A DNA stretch of 64,000 bases, from the NCBI GenBank assembly GCA_903831815.1, contig CAIKZC010000002.1:7244-71243 (forward strand). The letters run 5' to 3'. This document shows, piece after piece, positions 55,785 to 63,031 of the stretch. The translations under genes were made by a program, and so were the position numbers. A model generated the notes under the pieces. The model did no database searches, had not been told where the DNA came from, and saw only the letters and a list, made by a program, of their open reading frames with translations. The stretch is from an uncultured bacterium (GTDB lineage Bacteria; Patescibacteriota; Minisyncoccia; Phycocordibacterales; UBA11359). How positions within the stretch are numbered: position 1 is the first letter of the stretch; every line of letters begins with the position of its first letter.

Positions 55785-56339
55785 CTATTTGTAATTAGGC
55801 GATTCTTCGGTAATTCCAGACTTGTGGTTACTTAGTCTAGCGAGAGCATAGAGAATGCTGGAAAGACGATTGAGAAAAGCGAGGGTTGTCGGTTGAATTT
55901 TAACCTTCCCCTCTTCAGCGACCGCGACGACTCGGCGCTCGGCACGGCGCGCGATCGTGCGCGCGAAATCAAATTTCGCCGCCATTTCGGTACCGCCGGA
56001 AATAAAGAAGGTTTTTATCGGCGGCATTTCGCGCTCACAGGCCACGATTATTGTTTCCATTTCTTTGATTTTTTCTTCCGGCACATCCATCGGAAATCCG
56101 GCCACCTGAGCTTGCACCATAAAAAGTGTTTGCTGCAGACCATGCAAGATCGCTTCAAACTTCTTGTTGGCAATCACAAAACTGCGTCTTTCTGAAGCAA
56201 CTTTGCAAATTCCAAGAAACGAGTTTATCTCGTCGAGTGAACCAAGGGCTTCGGCCACAATCGAGCTTTTAGACAACTTCTGGTCGCAACCATAAGTCTT
56301 TGTTGAACCGTCATCACCTTTTCCTGTGAATAGTGACAT
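55785..56339 (-). CDS. ATP:cob(I)alamin adenosyltransferase, PduO type
   Basis: N-terminus MSLFTGKGDDGSTKTYGCDQKLSKSSIVAEALGSLDEINSFLG matches the PduO-type ATR signature (TGDxGxT ... DELNS). Confidence 0.8.
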   Translation of the reverse strand: MSLFTGKGDDGSTKTYGCDQKLSKSSIVAEALGSLDEINSFLGICKVASERRSFVIANKKFEAILHGLQQTLFMVQAQVAGFPMDVPEEKIKEMETIIVACEREMPPIKTFFISGGTEMAAKFDFARTIARRAERRVVAVAEEGKVKIQPTTLAFLNRLSSILYALARLSNHKSGITEESPNYK

Positions 56340-56361
56340 ATAATTTTAGGTTATGAATATG

Positions 56362-56445
56362 TGCTCGGGACAGGACTTGCACCTGCACGCCCTTACGGGC
56401 TTACGCACCTCAAGCGTAAACGTCTACTAATTTCGCCACCCGAGC
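56362..56445 (-). tRNA. tRNA-Leu(GAG)-like, type II with long variable arm; atypical D-loop and T-loop
   Basis: 84 nt. Perfect 7-bp acceptor GCTCGGG/CCCGAGC plus discriminator A. Anticodon stem TACGC/GCGTA with loop TTGAGGT. Variable arm GCCC-GTAA-GGGC. T-stem GCAGG/CCTGT. D-loop lacks the GG dinucleotide and the T-loop reads TGCAAGT (G at position 55). No encoded CCA. Confidence 0.45.
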
Positions 56446-56446
56446 G

Positions 56447-57136
56447 TCATTTTGTCAATATCCGCACCGTCTGTTTATGAACTATAGCTAAACTTTGCTT
56501 AATTTTCAAGTTTTTTCTAGATAAGCAAGTAACATCCTGTTTGTAATACATACCTTTAACTAAAGCAATCCCCTCTTTTTTTGCGTATCTAAGTTGATAG
56601 CAACCATTCAACCTATTTGTATAGGTTACATGTCCATTTAATTTCAAAAACCTGAAAACAGATGCCTGAATCCAATCAATGAATTCCTTACTCGCAGAAG
56701 CAAGACTTAGATAAAACATAAAGCTAGATCTCCAACGTGGATCCCAATATGAATAACTACAACCATCACCGTCAAAACACCCTCTCAAAAAATCGAAGAA
56801 ATATTCGTCTGGAATTTTAATTTTTCCAATTGTTAAAGACTTTGCTGAAGTGATTCCAATACTCTGAAGAAATTCATAAAACAGCACGTCTCCAAACTGA
56901 ATTCTGAAAGACATATTCTTTCCGCCTCCAGAAAAAGTTTTACCAACTTTAATGTCAACAATATTAAGACATTTCACAAAATTATTTATCTGTTCTATAT
57001 CTTTTGAAACAAAAATAATATGTCGACCATCACACGAAAGACAACCATCCGTAACAATCAACCCAATCGAATACGCAAAATTTGCCGACCATTCAATTTT
57101 GATTTTTCCTTTTGGTTTTGGTCCTGTGATGCTCAT
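56447..57136 (-). CDS. LAGLIDADG-family homing endonuclease (single chain with two motifs)
   Basis: Motif 1 YSIGLIVTDGCLS, motif 2 FLRGCFDGDGCS. 229 aa. Stop codon 1 nt from the tRNA-Leu-like 5' end. Confidence 0.75.
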   Translation of the reverse strand: MSITGPKPKGKIKIEWSANFAYSIGLIVTDGCLSCDGRHIIFVSKDIEQINNFVKCLNIVDIKVGKTFSGGGKNMSFRIQFGDVLFYEFLQSIGITSAKSLTIGKIKIPDEYFFDFLRGCFDGDGCSYSYWDPRWRSSFMFYLSLASASKEFIDWIQASVFRFLKLNGHVTYTNRLNGCYQLRYAKKEGIALVKGMYYKQDVTCLSRKNLKIKQSLAIVHKQTVRILTK

Positions 57137-57190
57137 ATTTTCAATTATATTAATTAACTAAATATGAGTTTGGGAGTTATACACAACAAA

Positions 57191-57225
57191 AAACCTCCGA
57201 AACCGGAGGTTTTTGTTTTTTTCTT
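57191..57225 (-). terminator. bidirectional rho-independent terminator between rplS and the LAGLIDADG gene
   Basis: AAAAAACCTCCG-AAA-CCGGAGGTTTTTGTTTTTTT. Confidence 0.7.
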
Positions 57226-57248
57226 TTTTAATTTATTTCGTGGATTTC

Positions 57249-57719
57249 TTATTTTGCTGCTTCGGTCTTTTCGGTAACTTCGGCTTTTGTGTTTTCGGCT
57301 GGAACTTCTGCTTCCGGCACATCCTTGGCGGTACGGATATTTCTCATTTGTCGAGAAATTTCCTTGGCAGCCTTAGTACGAATATGATAGAGCTTTGCGC
57401 GACGAACTTTAGCGCGTTTGATAATCTTAATCTCGTCAATCATTGGAGAATATAACGGGAAAACTTTTTCTACACCAACACCGGAAGCAACGCGTCGTAC
57501 GGTAAAAGTAGCACCGGCTTCATTGCCATGTTTGTGAGCAAGAACAAGTCCTTCGAAAGACTGAAGACGGAATTTATCCTTTTCTTTGATCCTTTGAACA
57601 ACATCAACGGTATCGCCAGCGCGAATGCCGAGTTTTATTCTGCTATCCATGTTTACGGGAGTAATTTTCATATATATTGCGGTGAGGGAAACTTTAGCAT
57701 AGAGCGGCGTTTTAGGCAA
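57249..57719 (-). CDS. rplS: 50S ribosomal protein L19 (with C-terminal Lys/Glu/Ala-rich extension)
   Basis: ...GDTVDVVQRIKEKDKFRLQSFEGLVLAHKHGNEAGATFTVRRVASGVGVEKVFPLYSPMIDEIKIIKRAKVRRAKLYHIR is the bL19 signature. The real start may be an internal Met. Confidence 0.85.
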   Translation of the reverse strand: MPKTPLYAKVSLTAIYMKITPVNMDSRIKLGIRAGDTVDVVQRIKEKDKFRLQSFEGLVLAHKHGNEAGATFTVRRVASGVGVEKVFPLYSPMIDEIKIIKRAKVRRAKLYHIRTKAAKEISRQMRNIRTAKDVPEAEVPAENTKAEVTEKTEAAK

Positions 57720-58469
57720 CTATTTTGACGTTTCTGTCGATATACCAAGAGTTTTAAGGGCATTTGTAAAGTCGGCCGGATATGGCGCCGAAACAGAAAT
57801 TGGCTCATTTTCTAGGTTTTTGAACGAAATAGATTCGGCATGAAGAGCGAGTCTCTCAAATCCTAATATACCATTTCGGTTGGGTGCATAGACTGGATCA
57901 CAAACAATCGGATGACCAACGGATCGTAAATGCACCCGTATTTGGTGCGTTCGGCCAGTTTTCGGCATCACCTCAACAAAGGTAACCTCATCGGTTTTGT
58001 GAACGACTCGATACTCAGTCGCCGCTTCTCGCAGTGTCCCCCGTGCATCCGTACCAATTGCAAAGCGTCGAAAATCCGTTTTGCTGCGTCCGATTGGCGA
58101 ATCAATAATTTGACGATCAACTGCCACACGACCATAAACAAATGCGTAATAAGTTTTTTTAACTTTGCGGGTTTCAAATTTTTTCTGCAAATCTTCAAAT
58201 GCGGTCTGATTTTTTGCCACAACCAAAACACCGGAGGTTTCGCGATCGATTCGGTGCACTAATCCCCAACGTTTCACTGATTTGCCCTGCCCTATTTCAA
58301 TTTCACCTCCAATATTTTGGAGTTCAGGATATTTTTTAGAAAGCCAATCGGTGAGACTCCCAGTCGCCCGACCAACTTTTAATTTTTCGTCGGAGTGCAC
58401 CAACAAACCAGCCGGTTTATCCAGAATTAAATAATTTTTATCTTCAAAAAGAATTTTTGGCGTGATCAT
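57720..58469 (-). CDS. RluA-family pseudouridine synthase
   Basis: Catalytic motif LVHRIDRETSGVLVVAK. Pattern ILFEDKNYLILDKPAGLLVH. Confidence 0.85.
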   Translation of the reverse strand: MITPKILFEDKNYLILDKPAGLLVHSDEKLKVGRATGSLTDWLSKKYPELQNIGGEIEIGQGKSVKRWGLVHRIDRETSGVLVVAKNQTAFEDLQKKFETRKVKKTYYAFVYGRVAVDRQIIDSPIGRSKTDFRRFAIGTDARGTLREAATEYRVVHKTDEVTFVEVMPKTGRTHQIRVHLRSVGHPIVCDPVYAPNRNGILGFERLALHAESISFKNLENEPISVSAPYPADFTNALKTLGISTETSK

Positions 58470-58472
58470 AAA

Positions 58473-58745
58473 TTATAGTTGATCAAATTTAGTGTATTCT
58501 TCCTCGACTTTGCCCCACATGACATTCAGACTTTCGACTTGAGCATTTTCCGGACCAACACTGATAGATTCTAGAAAAGTTTTCAAAACATTTTCTTCCC
58601 CCTGTGCCACCACCTCAACCGTACCGTCTTCCATATTTTTTGCATACCCAAAAACACCGAGGCTATCGGCTTTTTCTTTAGCAAACTGGCGAAAGAATAC
58701 TCCCTGAACGTCGCCATGAACTATGCAATAAATTTCTTTTTTCAT
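58473..58745 (-). CDS. acyP: acylphosphatase
   Basis: VHGDVQGVFFRQF...GVFGYAKNMEDGTVEV. 90 aa. Confidence 0.85.
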   Translation of the reverse strand: MKKEIYCIVHGDVQGVFFRQFAKEKADSLGVFGYAKNMEDGTVEVVAQGEENVLKTFLESISVGPENAQVESLNVMWGKVEEEYTKFDQL

Positions 58746-58833
58746 AGGGTTACACTATCTTGAGATATCCTGCATACTACACCAAAAGTTGATTATTCTG
58801 AAATTATCGGTTAATGTATTGAGACATTTTAAT

Positions 58834-58909
58834 GCGCGATTAGCTCAGTTGGTAGAGCAACAAGTTTACACCTTGAAGGTCGCAGGTTCGAGTCCTGCAT
58901 CGCGCACCA
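58834..58909 (+). tRNA. tRNA-Val (anticodon TAC), CCA encoded
   Basis: GCGCGAT-TA-GCTC-AGTTGGTA-GAGC-A-ACAAG-TTTACAC-CTTGA-AGGTC-GCAGG-TTCGAGT-CCTGC-ATCGCGC-ACCA. Canonical cloverleaf with U33 and A37. Confidence 0.9.
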
Positions 58910-58926
58910 AATTAAGTTAACTATTG

Positions 58927-58998
58927 TGCCCCGAGCAGGAATCGAACCTACATACCCGGCTTAGAAGTCCGGAGTTTTATCCATTAAACTATCGGGGC
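58927..58998 (-). tRNA. tRNA-Arg (anticodon TCT)
   Basis: GCCCCGA-TA-GTTT-AATGGATA-AAAC-T-CCGGA-CTTCTAA-GCCGG-GTAT-GTAGG-TTCGATT-CCTGC-TCGGGGC-A. Anticodon loop CTTCTAA. One A-G mismatch at the base of the anticodon stem. Confidence 0.8.
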
Positions 58999-59021
58999 TA
59001 ACAGTAAACACACTACCAGTC

Positions 59022-59351
59022 CTAAAGCGAAGGGTCAATGAACACAGGTTTTTGTGTCTGCAAACTATTTAATATTTTCGCTTTGGCATCAAAATCTTGA
59101 ATTATCCTATTCAAATTATTTTTATCGATCGTTTCATTGTGCGGCGGAGTTTTAGATCCTTCATCAAAGATGTCTCCTGCCCTTACACCCAGAAAGACAT
59201 GCACACTGTAAGAAACGACAATGATCATGATCAGTAAAAAGAAAGTTAAAAGTATTTCCCAATCGAAACCTTGACCCCGACCGCAGATCGACAATCCGCT
59301 AAAATCAGTGCGACGGAAAATCTTTTTAAAGTAATTTTTGATTTTATCCAT
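59022..59351 (-). CDS. small membrane protein, last gene of the pilMNO-like operon (hypothetical)
   Basis: One TM helix (LLTFFLLIMIIVVSYSVHVFL). 109 aa. Confidence 0.3.
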   Translation of the reverse strand: MDKIKNYFKKIFRRTDFSGLSICGRGQGFDWEILLTFFLLIMIIVVSYSVHVFLGVRAGDIFDEGSKTPPHNETIDKNNLNRIIQDFDAKAKILNSLQTQKPVFIDPSL

Positions 59352-59352
59352 A

Positions 59353-59886
59353 TTAAATACTTTCAGTTACATTAATATCGAAAGTCGCTGTCCATGAAGA
59401 ACTGTAACCACCACTCGTAATAGGTGTCCTGTTGATCATAAATCCTTGCACATGAATATCATATGGCAAATTTTCGATCTGACTCATAAAATACATCGTA
59501 TTGCTCCAAGTCCCCGTAGTTCCCACTTGCAAACTTAAATTATTGCTAGTGTTAGCAACCCCATCAGAGGCAGAAATATTGTTCGTTTTACTCTCCAAAC
59601 CGCTTTTTGTTGCTAAAGATTCAATTTGACCAATAAAAGTAATTTCACTGTCTTTAGGCAATAAAAATATCGCGAGTTGTTGACGTTGTGATTCCGTTTC
59701 CTTTATGATCGCTCGCAAAGAACCCAAACGACTATTTTTTTGCTCACTAACATTGATCGCGTTGATCAAATTCGATGACGATTGAGTTTCTGTCACAATG
59801 AAATGGAACAAAAAATAATACCCTGTAACGGCGAAAAGATTGCAAACGATTAGTATGATCAAAATTTTGGTTGACTGAAACTTCAT
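59353..59886 (-). CDS. pilO: type IV pilus assembly protein PilO-like
   Basis: N-terminal TM, coiled-coil, then periplasmic domain. Position after pilM/pilN. Confidence 0.4.
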   Translation of the reverse strand: MKFQSTKILIILIVCNLFAVTGYYFLFHFIVTETQSSSNLINAINVSEQKNSRLGSLRAIIKETESQRQQLAIFLLPKDSEITFIGQIESLATKSGLESKTNNISASDGVANTSNNLSLQVGTTGTWSNTMYFMSQIENLPYDIHVQGFMINRTPITSGGYSSSWTATFDINVTESI

Positions 59887-60425
59887 TGATTTTTTGGATT
59901 CATTATAATGGTTATGGCAAAATCGATATTTTGGGCCTTGGCAAAATCCGACACAGGCAAATCGGCCGAGATGACTCCCTGTTGCAATTTTATTTTTTTA
60001 ACGAAATCAAGCAAAGTTTGTCGCGAACTAGCTCTTCCGGAAACAATAATTTGCATTTGACCATTAATCATTCTGTATAGGAAACTGCTTAGATTTATGG
60101 CCGTGCCGCGCGTTTTTACAATAATCTGGAGGGCATTAACAACTCCTATAGGTGTAGATGAGGACGACAAAATATTGATGTAAGAATTGGTTTTTTGGAC
60201 GATTTTTGACAATTCTAAGGTCTCGGCATTTAAATTTTGAACTTTTAGATCAGCTGATTGCGAATTTAAAATATCAATACGCGTTTGCGCAGTTAAAAAT
60301 GATGGAACAAGCAGGATCAAAGAAATTGCTTCCCCGGCCAAAGCGAGAGCGAGAGCAACCACAATAAACCTGTTTCGATACTCTCGAATTATTTTCTGTT
60401 TTTGTTCTTTTAATAAAAGGTTAAG
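59883..60425 (-). CDS. pilN: type IV pilus assembly protein PilN-like
   Basis: Start taken at MLNLLLKEQKQKIIREYRNRFIVVALALALAGEAISLILLVPSF. Short cytoplasmic N-terminus, TM, then periplasmic coiled-coil, typical of PilN. Confidence 0.45.
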   Translation of the reverse strand, partial: LNLLLKEQKQKIIREYRNRFIVVALALALAGEAISLILLVPSFLTAQTRIDILNSQSADLKVQNLNAETLELSKIVQKTNSYINILSSSSTPIGVVNALQIIVKTRGTAINLSSFLYRMINGQMQIIVSGRASSRQTLLDFVKKIKLQQGVISADLPVSDFAKAQNIDFAITIIMNPKNQ

Positions 60426-61425
60426 CATGATAGAAACGTAATAATGACAAACCAATAGCAGGAGCATAATCAAGCGATTCTTCAAAAGACATTTCCGGAA
60501 TTTGTTCGCTAAAATCCAAAACATTCACCCAAACATTGGCGAGTTCAACTCCACAACCTGCGATGTCCGCCAAATATTGTTTCAACCCCGGAGCGGTTGC
60601 CGCTTTGCCGGAAATAAAAACCTTCTTGATGGCCGTATTTCCGCTTTCATTACGACTCTGCCAGTATAATTTAAGTTTAACAATTTCATCCTTAAGAAGT
60701 GATAGTCTCTTTTCAATATCAGTCTGCTCACTCACACGACCAGCATTGACCGTAGATGTAAACTGCAAAAAACCATTGCTCACGATACCAAAACCGGTTC
60801 TAGTATCTCCAACATTTATGATGAGACATGTTTCCGTTTCGCCTCGCGGAATGACAGTTCTGGCAACAGCCTGAGTCACCAATTCACAAGAGACAGGTAC
60901 GATTGAAGCTGAATGGAAAAGATCCAGATAAGCGCCGATGACTTTATTGGGTACAACAGTTACCACAGCTTCGTCACGTTTGTGACTATCAACAGATCGA
61001 ATAGTATTAAAATCAAAAACTGATTTTGCTGCATCAACCGGAACGTTTTCGTCCAAACGAAGCTCTATGTTTTCGGCGATATATTTATCTTCGACATTAG
61101 GCAATTCCATTTTAAAAAGATAACCCTTCTCTTCCGGCAAAGATATGCTGGCAAATTTAAAACCGTGCTCCTTATGGATTTCAGCCAAAACTTTTTTAAT
61201 TTCTTCAGGCTTATTAATAAATCCGCCAGTAATTACGCCTTCTGCAAGTTTTTTCTCACCAAATGATTTGAGATGAAAACGATGACGCCCGGATTCGGTA
61301 TGCGCAATCTCGATAAAACGAACAGCCTGATCGGAAATATCTATGCCAACCGAAGGCATTTCCAAATAGGCCGGTGTTGGGAAAAAATCAAAAAATTTTC
61401 TTTTATGATGAACTGATGTGCTCAT
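60421..61425 (-). CDS. pilM: type IV pilus assembly ATPase-fold protein PilM (actin/FtsA-like)
   Basis: ...VGIDISDQAVRFIEIAH... N-terminal actin-fold start. 334 aa. Followed by the pilN/pilO-like genes. Confidence 0.6.
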   Translation of the reverse strand: MSTSVHHKRKFFDFFPTPAYLEMPSVGIDISDQAVRFIEIAHTESGRHRFHLKSFGEKKLAEGVITGGFINKPEEIKKVLAEIHKEHGFKFASISLPEEKGYLFKMELPNVEDKYIAENIELRLDENVPVDAAKSVFDFNTIRSVDSHKRDEAVVTVVPNKVIGAYLDLFHSASIVPVSCELVTQAVARTVIPRGETETCLIINVGDTRTGFGIVSNGFLQFTSTVNAGRVSEQTDIEKRLSLLKDEIVKLKLYWQSRNESGNTAIKKVFISGKAATAPGLKQYLADIAGCGVELANVWVNVLDFSEQIPEMSFEESLDYAPAIGLSLLRFYHA

Positions 61426-61463
61426 AGTCCAAAACTATGAACATATTATACCACAAGAAAAAA

Positions 61464-62264
61464 TTATTTTACTTTTGTACCGGGTGGAATAGTTGGGTCA
61501 ATGGAAAGTAAAGAAAATGTGCCTGCATCGGTCGAAACGGCGAGGATCATACCTTGGCTTTCAAGACCCATCATCATGCGAGGTTCGAGATTTGTGACAA
61601 AGCCGATCGTGCGTCCGATCAAAACATTAGCATCAGAAAAATGTTTGGCGATACCAGAGAGAACCTGACGAGATTTTTCTTCACCAAAATCAACTTCAAG
61701 CTTTAGAAGTTTATTAGATCCCGGAATCGGTTCCGCTTTGAGGATTTTGCCCGCCCGAATTTCAACTTTTGCAAAATCATCGATGGTTATTGAGGGTTTT
61801 TGCATTTGTTGAGGTTGCTCTTTTTTATTGTCTTCTACCCTGCTCTTTTTCTTGTCCAAATAACTTTGCAAAATTAGAGCGGCTGCCGATGCATCCAGCA
61901 GATCATGTTTCCCTTGGAAAAATTCAGCCTGATGCGAAGTTAAAAATTCCGGTTCGAAAAATATCGGGATGATCGGCGGCACCAGTGGCGGAGACAAAAG
62001 CACTAACGAGCTCTCCATGGCAGTTTTAAAATCTCGAATTTCGGTCATAATGGAATTATCCTCTCCTTTAAAATCTTTTGATTCACCCAAGACTATTTCC
62101 GCGACGTTTTCTTTTTTGATGATCTCAACGATTTCGGCCAAAACTTTTTCTTTAGTGCTTCTGGAGTTTTTTATGACGGAATAAGGCTGCCCAAAAGCCT
62201 GCCCTTCATCGCTTAGGGCTATGCCGATACGCTTTGTGCCGTAATCTATTCCTAAAATTCTCAT
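61464..62264 (-). CDS. ruvX: fusion ORF: Holliday-junction resolvase-like RuvX/YqgF + CsaA-type tRNA-binding (Myf) domain
   Basis: N-terminus MRILGIDYGTKRIGIALSDEG...DASAAALILQSYL is RuvX. C-terminus ...ITIDDFAKVEIRAGKILKAEPIPGSNKLLKLEVDFGEEKSRQVLSGIAKHF...LEPRMMMGLESQGMILAV is the tRNA-binding domain. No stop codon between them. Start trimmed to avoid tRNA-Ser. Confidence 0.6.
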   Translation of the reverse strand: MRILGIDYGTKRIGIALSDEGQAFGQPYSVIKNSRSTKEKVLAEIVEIIKKENVAEIVLGESKDFKGEDNSIMTEIRDFKTAMESSLVLLSPPLVPPIIPIFFEPEFLTSHQAEFFQGKHDLLDASAAALILQSYLDKKKSRVEDNKKEQPQQMQKPSITIDDFAKVEIRAGKILKAEPIPGSNKLLKLEVDFGEEKSRQVLSGIAKHFSDANVLIGRTIGFVTNLEPRMMMGLESQGMILAVSTDAGTFSLLSIDPTIPPGTKVK

Positions 62265-62334
62265 ATTCGCATTGTATACCAAAATGCCAAAAGTTGAAAA
62301 TAAAGAGAAAATATGGCAGTATTTCAAAACCGAC

Positions 62335-62421
62335 GGAGAGATGGCCGAGAGGTTTAAGGCAACAGTCTTGAAAACTGTCATCCGGGAAACCGGATCGTGA
62401 GTTCGAATCTCACTCTCTCCG
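62335..62421 (+). tRNA. tRNA-Ser (anticodon TGA), type II with long variable arm
   Basis: GGAGAGA-TG-GCCG-AGAGGTTTAA-GGC-A-ACAGT-CTTGAAA-ACTGT-[CATCCGGGAAACCGGATC]-GTGAG-TTCGAAT-CTCAC-TCTCTCC-G. Confidence 0.85.
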
Positions 62422-62451
62422 CAGAAAAAATATTTGTGATATAATTATCGC

Positions 62452-62922
62452 ATGAACATTGAAGGGATTTCGTGGCGAGCATATGAATTTGCTCACCAAC
62501 CAAAAACATCCGATTGGTATTGGGCCGTTGGCATCGTAACGCTCGGCGCAGTTTTAGCTTCAGTATTTTTCAACAATATTATTTTAGCAATTTTATTGGC
62601 TGTTTCTTCCCTCTCTTTACTCCTCCATGCCAACAAACCGCCAAGACTCTTGGAATATCATTTAACTTCTCGCGGACTCATCATCGACAAACAATTGTAT
62701 CCGATCGCGACCATCGAATCTTTTTGGGTCGACGAATACGAAAACGGCGTGGCAAAATTGATCTTGAAATCTACAAAAAAGATGATGGTCTACATAATCG
62801 CGCCGCTAGTGCCCGATGTTACGTCAGACGAGATCAGACATTTTTTCTTCCAAAATCGCATTCCGGAAGTCGAACACCACGAACCTGTTTCTCAACAGAT
62901 CATGGAATATTTGGGATTTTAG
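62452..62922 (+). CDS. hypothetical membrane protein (two TM then soluble domain)
   Basis: WYWAVGIVTLGAVLASVFFNNIILAILLAVSSLSLLL. Confidence 0.35.
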   Translation: MNIEGISWRAYEFAHQPKTSDWYWAVGIVTLGAVLASVFFNNIILAILLAVSSLSLLLHANKPPRLLEYHLTSRGLIIDKQLYPIATIESFWVDEYENGVAKLILKSTKKMMVYIIAPLVPDVTSDEIRHFFFQNRIPEVEHHEPVSQQIMEYLGF

Positions 62923-62949
62923 GGGTTGTGTGGTAACGTACTGCTGTTA

Positions 62950-63021
62950 GTCCTCGTCGTTCAATGGATAGGACATGAGTTTGCGGAACTCAAAATGTAG
63001 GTTCGATTCCTACCGGGGGCA
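62950..63021 (+). tRNA. tRNA-Arg-like (anticodon GCG), acceptor stem with two G-U pairs
   Basis: GTCCTCG-TC-GTTC-AATGGATA-GGAC-A-TGAGT-TTGCGGA-ACTCA-AAAT-GTAGG-TTCGATT-CCTAC-CGGGGGC-A. Good D, anticodon and T arms. Acceptor 2:71 and 5:68 are U-G pairs. Confidence 0.5.
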
Positions 63022-63031
63022 CATTTTGTAG

